DNA of 64,000 nucleotides from Myxococcales bacterium. Its GTDB lineage: Bacteria > Myxococcota_A > Polyangia > Polyangiales > DASUME01. Below the pieces are notes generated by a model. The model was given only the letters and a program-made list of their open reading frames with translations. It was not told where the DNA came from and ran no database searches. The DNA is taken from NCBI GenBank assembly GCA_047601445.1, contig JASGJH010000001.1:8256001-8320000 (forward strand), given 5' to 3'. Within the stretch, counting starts at the first letter, position 1. The number at the start of each line of letters is the position of its first letter. A program made the translations under genes and the position numbers. Below, in pieces: positions 17,372 through 26,500 of this stretch.

Positions 17372-17417
17372 TGACGTGCAGCAGGCTCGGGGGGGCCTGC
17401 TGCACGTCACCACTTTT
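17372..17417 (+). terminator. strong hairpin, probable intrinsic terminator after the precursor array
   Basis: 15-bp stem TGACGTGCAGCAGGC / GCCTGCTGCACGTCA followed by CCACTTTT. Confidence 0.7.
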
Positions 17418-17547
17418 GGTCTTCACTTCGCGGTTTCTTGTGCCGCGTTTCTCGCACCATGTACCGATACCGAGGCCACGTGCCGTCGCGCTCCCAAGCG
17501 ACCGAGCCTGAGCCGCCCAACAGTTTCCGCAGCGGGAGATTCCTGCC

Positions 17548-18468
17548 ATGTCTGATCGTCTGACGTTTGGGCTAGCCAGCATTCCCATGTTTACCGGCGT
17601 CCTCTTGGTAGGGCTCCTGCAGCGTCCGCCGTCGGTGGAGCTCGACGACGCGCAGAGCGCGCGCAGAGGCACCGCCGCCGTCAACAGCGTCCCGACCGTG
17701 AAGCCCACCGTCGGCGTGGTCACGGCGGGGCAGACCGCGGACCTCAGCGCCGGCTTCGAGGGAAAGGTCACGGAGATCTTCCTCCAGACCGGTACGCGCG
17801 TGAGAGCCGGACAGCCGCTGCTCGAGATCGATCCCAGCATCGCCAAGATCAGTGTGGACCTCGCGAAGGCGGAGCTCGGTCAGCGCAAGTCCGAGGCCCA
17901 GCGCGCCAAGGCGCGGCTCGAGGAGGCTCGCGGAAAGTTCGCGCGCTACACGGCGGGCGCAACCTGGCTTGCCGAGCAAGACGTCGCGTCCGCCAAGTCC
18001 GCCATGCACATGGCGCAGGCCGACCTGAACGCAGCGTACGCAGCCGTGGACATGGTGAAGGCCAAGCTCAAGCAACAGAAGATCTACTCGGAGCGTCACA
18101 AGCTGGTGGCTCCCATCGCTGGGACCGTGATCATTTCCGACGTCGGACCGGGCGACAGCGTCACTTCTGGCCAAGTGCTGGCCCGCGTTGTGAGCGATGA
18201 TCGGGAGGTGCGGTTCGCGCTGCCCCGCGAGTCGTTGCCTGCTTCGTCCCCGGACAAGTTCGAGGTGCTCGTGCAATCGAAGGCTGACAACAGTCAGGTG
18301 CGCGCTCCGGTGTCGAGCGTCAAACCCGAGATCGATCCGGCGGCGCAGCTGGTGTTCGCCACCGCGAGCCTGCCCGCCGAGCAGGTCGGCTCGCTCGCGT
18401 TCATGCCGGGCACGAAGGTCACCGTGGAGCCCATCCTGCCCACGGGGCCCAGCCTGGAGAGCAGGTGA
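17548..18468 (+). CDS. membrane fusion (periplasmic adaptor) protein, RND/HlyD type
   Basis: N-terminal hydrophobic anchor; lipoyl halves GKVTEI..GTRVRAGQPLLEID and LVAPIAGTV..GDSVTSGQVL flanking a coiled coil. Confidence 0.85.
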   Translation: MSDRLTFGLASIPMFTGVLLVGLLQRPPSVELDDAQSARRGTAAVNSVPTVKPTVGVVTAGQTADLSAGFEGKVTEIFLQTGTRVRAGQPLLEIDPSIAKISVDLAKAELGQRKSEAQRAKARLEEARGKFARYTAGATWLAEQDVASAKSAMHMAQADLNAAYAAVDMVKAKLKQQKIYSERHKLVAPIAGTVIISDVGPGDSVTSGQVLARVVSDDREVRFALPRESLPASSPDKFEVLVQSKADNSQVRAPVSSVKPEIDPAAQLVFATASLPAEQVGSLAFMPGTKVTVEPILPTGPSLESR

Positions 18469-18471
18469 GCC

Positions 18472-19416
18472 ATGGCGCAAGCGCCGCTGTTTCGCCGTGA
18501 GGCCATCGAGCACCAAGCCAAGCGTCACGCCTCGCGCGCCGAGGTCCTGAACATCGGCCCGGCGTCGGTGGAGTGGGGCTTTCGCTTTGCCTGCGTGGTG
18601 ATCACGGTGGCGCTGGCGTTCGTGATCTTGGGGCGCCTCAATGAGTACGCTACCGGACCCGCGCTGGTGCGCCTCGACGGACGCATCCCGATGACGGCCT
18701 CGCACGCGGCGCTGGTGACTCACGTGGAGGTCGCTCCGGGCGACGTGGTGAACCAGGGCGACGTGCTGGTGCGCTTCTACGCCAACGCGGAGACCGCCGA
18801 GCTCGAGGCCGCTTCGCGGGAGTTCGATGACCAACTGCTCAAGCTCCTGCAGCGCCCGGACGACGCGGTGGCCAAGGAATCGCTCGTCTCGCTGCGCACG
18901 CGCAAGGAGCTCGCCAAGAATCGGCTCGAGCAGCTCACTCTGCGCGCGCCACAGCGCGCCATCGTGGGCGACGTTCGGGTACGACCGGGCCAGCTCGTGG
19001 AGCCCGGGATGTCGGCGCTCGAGCTGGTGGACACGCAGGCCAAGGGCGTGGTCATCGCGCTCCTACCAGGGCGCTATCGGCCGATGATCAAGAAGGGCGA
19101 GAGGCTGCGCTTCGAGCTCGATGGCTTTCAGCGCCGCACCCACGAGCTGAAGTTGAGCCACGTGGGCGATCAGATCATCGGTCCCGCCGAAGCCGCCCGC
19201 TATCTGGGCCAGGACCTGGCGGGCGCCTTCGCCATCGCGGGGCCCGTGGTGGTGGTCCAGGCGGAGTTGCCGAAGAACACCTTCGAGGTGGATGGCGAGA
19301 GCTTCAAGTTCGCACAGGGCACCCCTGGCAAGGCCGAGACCGTCGTGCGCTCCGAGCCGATTGCCTACGCCTTCATTCCGGCTCTCAAACAGTGGGTGGA
19401 ACGTGTCTGGAAATAA
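18472..19416 (+). CDS. HlyD-family secretion adaptor
   Basis: LFRREAIE N-terminus typical of peptide-export adaptors; TM helix; VAPGDVVNQGDVL and LRAPQ..VRPGQLVEPG. Confidence 0.88.
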   Translation: MAQAPLFRREAIEHQAKRHASRAEVLNIGPASVEWGFRFACVVITVALAFVILGRLNEYATGPALVRLDGRIPMTASHAALVTHVEVAPGDVVNQGDVLVRFYANAETAELEAASREFDDQLLKLLQRPDDAVAKESLVSLRTRKELAKNRLEQLTLRAPQRAIVGDVRVRPGQLVEPGMSALELVDTQAKGVVIALLPGRYRPMIKKGERLRFELDGFQRRTHELKLSHVGDQIIGPAEAARYLGQDLAGAFAIAGPVVVVQAELPKNTFEVDGESFKFAQGTPGKAETVVRSEPIAYAFIPALKQWVERVWK

Positions 19417-21760
19417 TCCTGTCGATGCGCGCGGGCCCAACAACCCGAACCCCAATCCGCCGAAGGCTGCGGGCGACACGAGTGCAGCCAAGCCGGTCAA
19501 GCCCAAGACCAAGCGCGAGGTCCCCTTCGTCGCGCAGCTCACGCCCACCGACTGCGGTGCGGCCAGCTTGAGCGCCGTGCTCTCGTACTACGGCAAGGAG
19601 ATCCCCATCCACGCGGTGCGCACCAGCCTAGGCGGCGGACGCAACGGCGTGACGGCGCGACAACTGCTCACGGCGGCGCGGCAGTTCGGCCTACGCGCCC
19701 GCGCGGTGAACGTGGAGCTCGACAAGCTTCCGTTCTTGCCGCCTGCCAGCATCTTGCACTGGGACCTGAATCACTTCGTGGTCTTCGAGAAGGCCAACAA
19801 GAAGGGCGTCGTGATCGTGGACCCCGGCATGGGCCGGCGCGTGCTCAAGATGGAGGACGTCTCGAAGTCGCTCAGCGGCGTGGGTCTCTTGCTCGAGCCC
19901 GGCGAGGGCTTCGACCAGGTGGCCGGCGAGAAGCGCAGCCGCTTTGGTCGCTACGCCAACTGGATCCTGGGGCACCGCGGTATCTGGCAACGCTTGCTGC
20001 TGACCTCGATGTTCCTGCAGCTGATCGCGCTGTCCGTGCCCGGCTTGATGGGCGCCTTGGTGGACAAGGTAGTCCCGCGAGCGGACGTGGATCTGTTGTC
20101 GCTGGTGAGCGCGGGCTTCCTGAGTATCGGTGCCTTCTACTTTCTGACCACCTTCCTGCGCACCCGGCTGTTGCTACACCTGCGCACCAAGGTGGAAGCC
20201 AGCATGTCGATGGACTTCGTGGAGCACCTGCTGGCGCTGCCCTACACGTTCTTCCAGCAACGAACCACGGGCGACCTGATGATGCGCCTGAGCAGCCAGA
20301 CGGCGATCCGCGAGATCCTCACCTCGGGTGCGCTCTCCGCCATGCTCGACGGCGCGATGGTCACCGTGTACCTGGTGCTGCTGGTGGGCGCGGCGCCGAT
20401 CTTGGCCCTGGTGGCGCTCGGCATCGTCGCGGTGCAAGTGGCGATCTACCTGGTGGCGGGGCGCCGCAACGCAGCCTTGATGGTGGAGTCGCTGGCGGCC
20501 CAGGCGCGGCTCGAGGGGTATCAGGTGGAGATGCTCGCGGGCATCGAGACGCTCAAGTCGATGGGGGCCGCCGACCGCGCTCAAACGCGCTGGAGCGACC
20601 TCTACGTGATCTCGCTCAACAACACGGTGAAGCGAGGAGAGCTCGACGGCATGTTCAGCGCGCTGATCGGCGTGCTGCGCTTTTGCGGTCCCATCTCGTT
20701 GATGCTCACCGGGGCGCATCTGGTGCTCGTCGGCGAGCTGTCCCTCGGCACCATGCTCGGATTGTCGGCGCTCGGCGCGGGCTTCCTCGAGCCCGTGGCC
20801 AATCTGGTGAACACGGGCATGAAGCTCGCTCAGCTCAAGGGCTACATGGAGCGCATCGAAGACGTGCTCGACACGCCCACCGAGCCCAAGCCCGCCCAGG
20901 GCAGCGCACCGGTGACGCGTCTGGTGGGCTCCATCAAGGTCGATGGCCTGGCCTTCGCGTACCCGAGTGAGCCGCGCCCCACGCTCCAGGGCATCACGCT
21001 GGAGATTCAGCCGGGAGAACGCGTGGCCATCGTGGGGGCGTCCGGTTCGGGCAAGTCCACACTGGCGCGCCTGTTGGCCGGGCTATACGAGCCAGGCGCG
21101 GGCAACATCTCCTACGACGACGTGAATGTGAAGAGCTGGGATCTCAATCAGCTGCGCGAGCGTCTGGGCATCGTGACCCAGGACACGCGGCTTTTCTCGG
21201 GCACCATTCGCGACAACCTGACGCTGTTCGATCCCGCCGTGCCGCAGGATGACGTGGAGCGCTCGGTGCGCCTGGCCGCGCTGGATCTCGACATCGCGCG
21301 CATGCCGATGGGCTACGACACGGTGCTGGCTGACGGCGGGAGCTCGCTCTCGGGTGGGCAGCGCCAGCGTGTGTCCCTGGCGCGCGCGCTCCTGCGTCGA
21401 CCGACCATCCTGGTGCTCGACGAGGCCACCAGTGCGCTCGACACCGTGACCGAGGCCCTGGTGCAGGAGCGACTCAAGGAGCTCAAGTGCACGCAGGTCA
21501 TCGTGGCGCATCGACTGAGCACGGTGATGCACGCGGACAAGATCGTGGTGCTCGATCAGGGCCGCATGATCGCGGTGGGCAATCACGACGAGCTCATGCG
21601 GCGCAGCCGCGAGTACCAGTACCTGGTACGGGCCCAGCAGAATGCTCGCCCCGAGGCCGTTCCGCCGGTCACTTCCGACGCCATGACCACCAAGCTCGCG
21701 ATGCCCGAGCCCGGGGCGTCGCAGGAAGAAGTGCTGCCCACGCGTGTGCTGCAACGCTGA
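19403..21760 (+). CDS. peptidase (C39)-containing ABC transporter (PCAT)
   Basis: QLTPTDCGAA, LHWDLNHFVV and IVDP (Cys/His/Asp intact); TM domain; GASGSGKST, LSGGQRQR, LVLDEATSALD; GTG start overlaps the upstream stop. Confidence 0.95.
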   Translation: MSGNNPVDARGPNNPNPNPPKAAGDTSAAKPVKPKTKREVPFVAQLTPTDCGAASLSAVLSYYGKEIPIHAVRTSLGGGRNGVTARQLLTAARQFGLRARAVNVELDKLPFLPPASILHWDLNHFVVFEKANKKGVVIVDPGMGRRVLKMEDVSKSLSGVGLLLEPGEGFDQVAGEKRSRFGRYANWILGHRGIWQRLLLTSMFLQLIALSVPGLMGALVDKVVPRADVDLLSLVSAGFLSIGAFYFLTTFLRTRLLLHLRTKVEASMSMDFVEHLLALPYTFFQQRTTGDLMMRLSSQTAIREILTSGALSAMLDGAMVTVYLVLLVGAAPILALVALGIVAVQVAIYLVAGRRNAALMVESLAAQARLEGYQVEMLAGIETLKSMGAADRAQTRWSDLYVISLNNTVKRGELDGMFSALIGVLRFCGPISLMLTGAHLVLVGELSLGTMLGLSALGAGFLEPVANLVNTGMKLAQLKGYMERIEDVLDTPTEPKPAQGSAPVTRLVGSIKVDGLAFAYPSEPRPTLQGITLEIQPGERVAIVGASGSGKSTLARLLAGLYEPGAGNISYDDVNVKSWDLNQLRERLGIVTQDTRLFSGTIRDNLTLFDPAVPQDDVERSVRLAALDLDIARMPMGYDTVLADGGSSLSGGQRQRVSLARALLRRPTILVLDEATSALDTVTEALVQERLKELKCTQVIVAHRLSTVMHADKIVVLDQGRMIAVGNHDELMRRSREYQYLVRAQQNARPEAVPPVTSDAMTTKLAMPEPGASQEEVLPTRVLQR

Positions 21761-21898
21761 ATTGGCAAGCAGATATCGTTGTGTCTTCGAAAGGCTGCTT
21801 TCAGCGCGTGGTCCAGCTAACTCCTGAATGGCTGCGCTGTCTTTGCTGTGCCTCCTTTTGCTCTCCATGTCAGTCGAGGTGGTTTTAGGCTCGTCGCC

Positions 21899-22366
21899 AT
21901 GCTCAATGCTTATGCTTGGTTTCGGTCGGCCTGCCTCGCCACTTGCGTGCTCGGCCTCGGTGCTTGCGCGCAGCCGCCCCGCGGGCCCGCGGGTGATGGT
22001 TCGGACTTGTCGTCCAGCGAAGGCGACGGTGATGGCGACGGCGACGGCGACTCCAGCGATGGCCCGTCATCCAGCGGCGATGGCGACGGCGACGGCGACT
22101 ACTGGCACAGTGGCGACGGCGACGGCGATACCAGCGGCGAATTCGGATCCGTCGACGGTGGCGCAGGCGGCAACCCGCTGGGGGGGCTCGGCGGCCTCTT
22201 CGGTGGCGGCGGCGCGTCCGACGCGGGCACCCAGCCCACGGGCGACGCGGGCGACTGCGTGAGCAGCCCGCGCGTCTGCTGGGACGTGTTCGACTGCTAC
22301 ATCTTCCACCCCGGCGACCTCGGCTGCGGCTACACGCGCTGCGACGGCTTCGTCTGCAAGCCGTGA
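21899..22366 (+). CDS. lipoprotein with GDGDGD linker and small Cys-rich C-terminal domain
   Basis: Lipobox LGAC; six Cys in the last ~36 aa. Confidence 0.7.
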   Translation: MLNAYAWFRSACLATCVLGLGACAQPPRGPAGDGSDLSSSEGDGDGDGDGDSSDGPSSSGDGDGDGDYWHSGDGDGDTSGEFGSVDGGAGGNPLGGLGGLFGGGGASDAGTQPTGDAGDCVSSPRVCWDVFDCYIFHPGDLGCGYTRCDGFVCKP

Positions 22367-22380
22367 CCGTTCGCTTTTCG

Positions 22381-22460
22381 GGGAGGTCACGCGACTTCCC
22401 CGCCCGTGGAAGCAAAGCTGCGACGGGACCCACCCCAGCGCGAGGTTCGCTGCGCTCACG
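22381..22460 (+). repeat. REP-like repeat, full copy between convergent genes
   Basis: GGGAGGTCACGCGACTTCCCCGCCCGT...GCAAAGC...GCGAGGTTCGCTGCGCTCACG. Confidence 0.8.
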
Positions 22461-22495
22461 GGTGCGCCTTCAGCGCCATGGAGGCCCCGCGCAGG

Positions 22496-23680
22496 TCAAC
22501 GCTGCGGCGATAGCTTGCGCAGCTTGAGCTGCGCTTCGTCCGCGAAGCGTCCCTTGGGATAGCGGGCCAAGTAGGTCTCGAGCAGGCTCTTCTCTCGTGC
22601 GGGGGCCGCGCGTGGAGCGAGCTGCGCGGCCGCAAAGGCGGCGTTCTCGCCTGCACTCAGGTCGCGGTAGCGCTTGGCGAGGCTTTCATATTGCTTGAGC
22701 GCGCTGGGCAAGTCCTGCTCGAGTAGTGCGATCTCCGCGCGCAGCGTGGCGGCTTCGGCCTGCTCCGGACGCTCGAGTTTCGTGCGCGCGAGGCTGTCGA
22801 GGAGCTTGGTCGCGGCCACGGTCTGTCCCTTGGTCAGGGCTTTACGGGTCTGCGTCAGGATCTGGCGTGCGTTGAGGGCAGGCTCCTCGGAACGTGCCTG
22901 GTTCGCTGCACGCGTGTCGCTGCGCGTTTCAGTCGGGTTGAAGGTGAACGTCGAGCCTGCCGCCAGGTCCCGCGCCAACACCTTGCCCTGCGGGTCGAAG
23001 ATCTGCACGTGCCCCTCGCGCACGCTGACTTCGTCCGGTGTCACGCTGAACTGCGTGCCCAGCACCTGCACGCGGAAGTTCTTGGTGTGCACCCAGAACG
23101 GCGCCCTTGGCGCGGGATCCACGTCGATGTCAACGTGGCCACGCTCGAGCGTCAGCACCGCGCTCTGCGCGTCGAACTGCAGCCTGGAGTCGGCGGCCGC
23201 GTCGACGCGAGCGTGCGCGAACTGCAGCGAGCGCGCCTGATCGATCTCGAGCCAGGTGCCGACCGGGTCGCTCGGGGTCGCTGCCGTGTGGTGGGCCTGC
23301 GGAGCCGCGACCGGTAGCACCGGTTTGGTGGCTACGGGCTCGCTGCGCGTGCCGAACCAAATCACAAGCCCCGCGGCGGCCGCCGCGCTCACTAGACCGA
23401 GCGTGGCCAGCGTGCGACCCGGACCCGGACGCAACGAGATCACACGGCGCTGCCCGGCACGCTCGAGCGCACGAGAGAGCGCACGCTCACGCGAGGACTC
23501 GCCGAGGGTGGGCGACACGCGCGCGAAGATTGCCTGCGAATCGCGGCTCAGGCTCAGCTCCGCGCGGCACTCGGAGCACCCTTGCAGGTGCTGCTCGAGC
23601 CGCAGTCGCGCGGCTGCGCTGAGCCCCTCGGGATCGACACCGATCAGTTCCTCGACATCGCGGCAGCTACTTCTATTCAT
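22496..23680 (-). CDS. anti-sigma factor: zf-HC2, TM helix, FecR domain, TPR-like C-terminus
   Basis: HLQGCSEC; TM segment; LTLERG, VQVLGTQFSV, VSVREGHV; YLARYPKGRFADEA. Confidence 0.85.
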   Translation of the reverse strand: MNRSSCRDVEELIGVDPEGLSAAARLRLEQHLQGCSECRAELSLSRDSQAIFARVSPTLGESSRERALSRALERAGQRRVISLRPGPGRTLATLGLVSAAAAAGLVIWFGTRSEPVATKPVLPVAAPQAHHTAATPSDPVGTWLEIDQARSLQFAHARVDAAADSRLQFDAQSAVLTLERGHVDIDVDPAPRAPFWVHTKNFRVQVLGTQFSVTPDEVSVREGHVQIFDPQGKVLARDLAAGSTFTFNPTETRSDTRAANQARSEEPALNARQILTQTRKALTKGQTVAATKLLDSLARTKLERPEQAEAATLRAEIALLEQDLPSALKQYESLAKRYRDLSAGENAAFAAAQLAPRAAPAREKSLLETYLARYPKGRFADEAQLKLRKLSPQR

Positions 23681-24296
23681 GTTCTGCCTCTCCGTACTCG
23701 GCGAGCCAATGACGGGCCTGAGGGTCCTTGCGCAGACGCGCGAAGAGCTTGCGGCGTGCCCACATCACGCGTGACTTGGTGGTGGAGAGATTGCTGTCCA
23801 TCAACGCCGCGACCTCTTCCATACTGTGGCCTTCGACCTGGAAAAGGATGAAAGCCATGTGATGTTTCGCATCCAGGCTCTCGAGATGTTCCCGCAACAG
23901 GGCAAGACGACGCTTGGCTTCGGTATCTTCGCTGGGAGATGGTTGGCCAGCTGTCAGTTGTCCGCCCTCGATGACCTCGAGCTCCGTCCGCCGCTTTTTC
24001 CAGGGGCTCTTCAAGTGGTGCAAAGCCGTGCGCACCGCGATGCGCGTGAGCCAGGTGCGGACCTTGGCCTCGCCCCGAAACTGGGGGAACGCCACGATGG
24101 CCTGCTCCAGGGTGAGCTGCAGCAGGTCCTCCAGGTCGGAGCGCGTGGACACGAAGCGCGATAGGACGCGTTCCACGAAGGGGCTCTCGGTGCGCAGGAC
24201 CTGCGCCAAGGCCGCACGCTCTCCCCGCCGGCAGCCCTCGATTACGGCGGGGCTGTAGACCTCGCTCTCTCGAATGGGCTTGGCGTCGGGCTTCAC
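23673..24296 (-). CDS. ECF RNA polymerase sigma factor
   Basis: DLEDLLQ, FRGEAKVRTWLTRIA, EGHSMEEVAALM..TTKSRV; overlaps the anti-sigma start. Confidence 0.9.
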   Translation of the reverse strand: MKPDAKPIRESEVYSPAVIEGCRRGERAALAQVLRTESPFVERVLSRFVSTRSDLEDLLQLTLEQAIVAFPQFRGEAKVRTWLTRIAVRTALHHLKSPWKKRRTELEVIEGGQLTAGQPSPSEDTEAKRRLALLREHLESLDAKHHMAFILFQVEGHSMEEVAALMDSNLSTTKSRVMWARRKLFARLRKDPQARHWLAEYGEAEHE

Positions 24297-24397
24297 AGGC
24301 TTCCTTAGTGGATCATCCTAGCCGTTTGGTTGAAGCCGAAAAAGAACCCGACGCCCCGGAGGAAGTGCCCAGTTTTCGGGAAGAAACGGGAACACTC

Positions 24398-24478
24398 CGT
24401 GAGCGTAGCGAACATCGCGGCGGGGTGGGTCCCGGCGCGGCTTTGCCGCGCCGGGCGGGGAGGGCGCGTGCCCTCCCC
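24398..24478 (-). repeat. REP-like repeat, full copy with compensatory stem changes
   Basis: Reverse complement GGGGAGGGCACGCGCCCTCCCCGCCCGGCGCGGCAAAGCCGCGCCGGG...GTTCGCTACGCTCACG. Confidence 0.8.
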
Positions 24479-24519
24479 GTTACCTGACAAGTAAGCGATT
24501 GTTCGGCACAATCCCGGCC

Positions 24520-25626
24520 GTGCACAGGCGCCTCTTAACGCTCGTCCTGTGGCTTGCTTGGATGGGGGTTGCGCGCGCGCAGCCGGCACCGAGTGTGCTG
24601 CTCCTGGAACATCCCGGCCTCCGACCGGATCTGTGCGGCGCCTTGCGCATCCAGCTCAGCGGGTTGGCTCAGGTGCGTTGCGAGCGAGAGACCGCCGCGG
24701 TTGCCTTGCCTGCACGCATCGGCGCTGCGGCCGAGCGCGTACGGGGGGGCAAGGCGAAGCTCGGCGTGTTTCTGGAGCGCGATCCGGACCCTGGCTTCGT
24801 GCGCATGTACATCGTCGGTTCCGAAGGCGACCAGGCTGTGCTGGCGGTGGAGAAGATCGAGGATCGCCCGGACGCCGATGTGGATCGAAGCCTGGCCCTC
24901 GAGGTCGCTGCGGCCTTCGAGGCCGTGGCGCGGGTCGAAGCGGCACGCCAGGAGGGTCGCCCTGCGGAGGGAACGCCTGGCCCCGCGCCCACTCCGCTCG
25001 GTGGGGTGCTGGCGCCACCTGGGGCTCCCGCTCCCACGGTCAGAGCGGACCAAGCTCCCGCGGCCGGCGCCGGTCAGGAGGTATCCGCCAGGGAACACGG
25101 CTGGGCGCTATTCGTGGATGTCGGAGGTGGTTTCCGTGTGGACGCAGCCGTTCAGGGGCTGGTGAGCGCTGATCTCGGCTTTTCACGGGTGAGCGCGCGT
25201 ACGCGTCTCGACCTTGGCGTGGGCTTCGAGTTGGGTACCCGCTATCAGCGCAGCCAGGACCAGACCCAAGTGCACGCCTGGGAACGCGGACCCCAGGTGA
25301 CCGCGCGCCTCTTGCGTCGTTGGACCCGCATCGAGCTCGGCGGCGAGCTGGTCATTGGGTGTCCGCTGCTTTCCGCCGAAGGGATCGCCCGCGACGGAAC
25401 GCGCGGCGAGAAGCTCTTGGCATTGCCCTCGCTGGGATTCGGCCTCGATTTTCGAGTGCGGCTGGTGTCGACTGCGTTCTTGCGCTTGAGCCCACGCCTG
25501 GATGTGCCGTTGGTGCACCAGAGTCTCGAGGTGGACGACGTGCAGGTGATGGATTTCCCGCCGCTCGGCGTCACGGTGCCCCTCTCGCTGATCTTCTATC
25601 TCCCGCTCCAGGCGGGGGGAACGTAG
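24520..25626 (+). CDS. secreted protein with probable C-terminal small beta-barrel
   Basis: Signal peptide ending ARA; Pro/Ala linker; alternating-strand C-terminal domain. Confidence 0.6.
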   Translation: MHRRLLTLVLWLAWMGVARAQPAPSVLLLEHPGLRPDLCGALRIQLSGLAQVRCERETAAVALPARIGAAAERVRGGKAKLGVFLERDPDPGFVRMYIVGSEGDQAVLAVEKIEDRPDADVDRSLALEVAAAFEAVARVEAARQEGRPAEGTPGPAPTPLGGVLAPPGAPAPTVRADQAPAAGAGQEVSAREHGWALFVDVGGGFRVDAAVQGLVSADLGFSRVSARTRLDLGVGFELGTRYQRSQDQTQVHAWERGPQVTARLLRRWTRIELGGELVIGCPLLSAEGIARDGTRGEKLLALPSLGFGLDFRVRLVSTAFLRLSPRLDVPLVHQSLEVDDVQVMDFPPLGVTVPLSLIFYLPLQAGGT

Positions 25627-25635
25627 GATGGAACG

Positions 25636-26442
25636 ATGACTCGCCTCGAGTCTGCACGGCTGCTTTTGATCGCGCTCTGCCTGACGCAGGCCTGCGATCG
25701 CAACACGTTGCTCGCGCGCTCGCACTCCCAGCCCAGCGAAGCGGGTGCGGACGCAGGTCACGAGGATGGAGGCATCCCCACGGACGGCGGGTTCTCCATC
25801 TCGGACGCGGGCGTAGCGATGTGCGGCAAGCTGGTTTGTGCCTGCTCGAACGGAAAAGACGACGACAAGGATGGCCTGACGGATGGCCTGGACGGCGAGT
25901 GCACCGGCGCTTTCGACAATGACGAGGCGAGCTTCGGTACCGGGCGCGAACGCAATCCCAACGCGCGCTGCTTGAACTGCTTTTTCGACGACAACCCGGG
26001 CGCCGGCAACGACGGCTGTCGCATTGCGGCAAGCTGCGCCGTGAACGGTGTAGCTCAGGGGGCTCCGGGGTCGTGCAACACCTGCGAGCCCACGTTGGAA
26101 TGCACCGACCGCTGCCTGTCGCGCACGCCCAACGGCTGTGACTGCTTCGGTTGCTGCGGCGTGCATCTCGACGATGGCAGCGTGGTCAACGTGATGTTGA
26201 GCGCCGAGTGCATGATCAAGGGCAGCAAGCTGAGCGGCTGCCAGTCCTGCGTGCAAAACGAGAGTTGCCTGAATCGCTGCGGGACCTGCGAGCTGTGCCC
26301 GGGTAAGACCGAGTCCGAGTTACCCGCCGAGTGCCGCAACCAGGGCGGGGTCACCTGTGAAGGCGGCCCGGTGTGCTCGACGAACACTCCCTGTGACCTG
26401 GGTCAGTACTGCGGTCTCGGCTGTTGTCTCGACGTGCTCTGA
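25636..26442 (+). CDS. Cys-rich lipoprotein (paralog of 26501-27577)
   Basis: TQAC lipobox-like site; [45 protein letters not shown]. Confidence 0.75.
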   Translation: MTRLESARLLLIALCLTQACDRNTLLARSHSQPSEAGADAGHEDGGIPTDGGFSISDAGVAMCGKLVCACSNGKDDDKDGLTDGLDGECTGAFDNDEASFGTGRERNPNARCLNCFFDDNPGAGNDGCRIAASCAVNGVAQGAPGSCNTCEPTLECTDRCLSRTPNGCDCFGCCGVHLDDGSVVNVMLSAECMIKGSKLSGCQSCVQNESCLNRCGTCELCPGKTESELPAECRNQGGVTCEGGPVCSTNTPCDLGQYCGLGCCLDVL

Positions 26443-26445
26443 GCC

Positions 26446-26479
26446 AAAGAAAAAGGGCCGCCCCTGGAGGGAGCGGCCC
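26446..26479 (-). terminator. intrinsic terminator of the 26501-27577 gene
   Basis: GGGCCGC stem followed on the minus strand by TTTTTCTTT. Confidence 0.7.
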
Positions 26480-26500
26480 ATTCGTTTACGCCAGCGTCGA

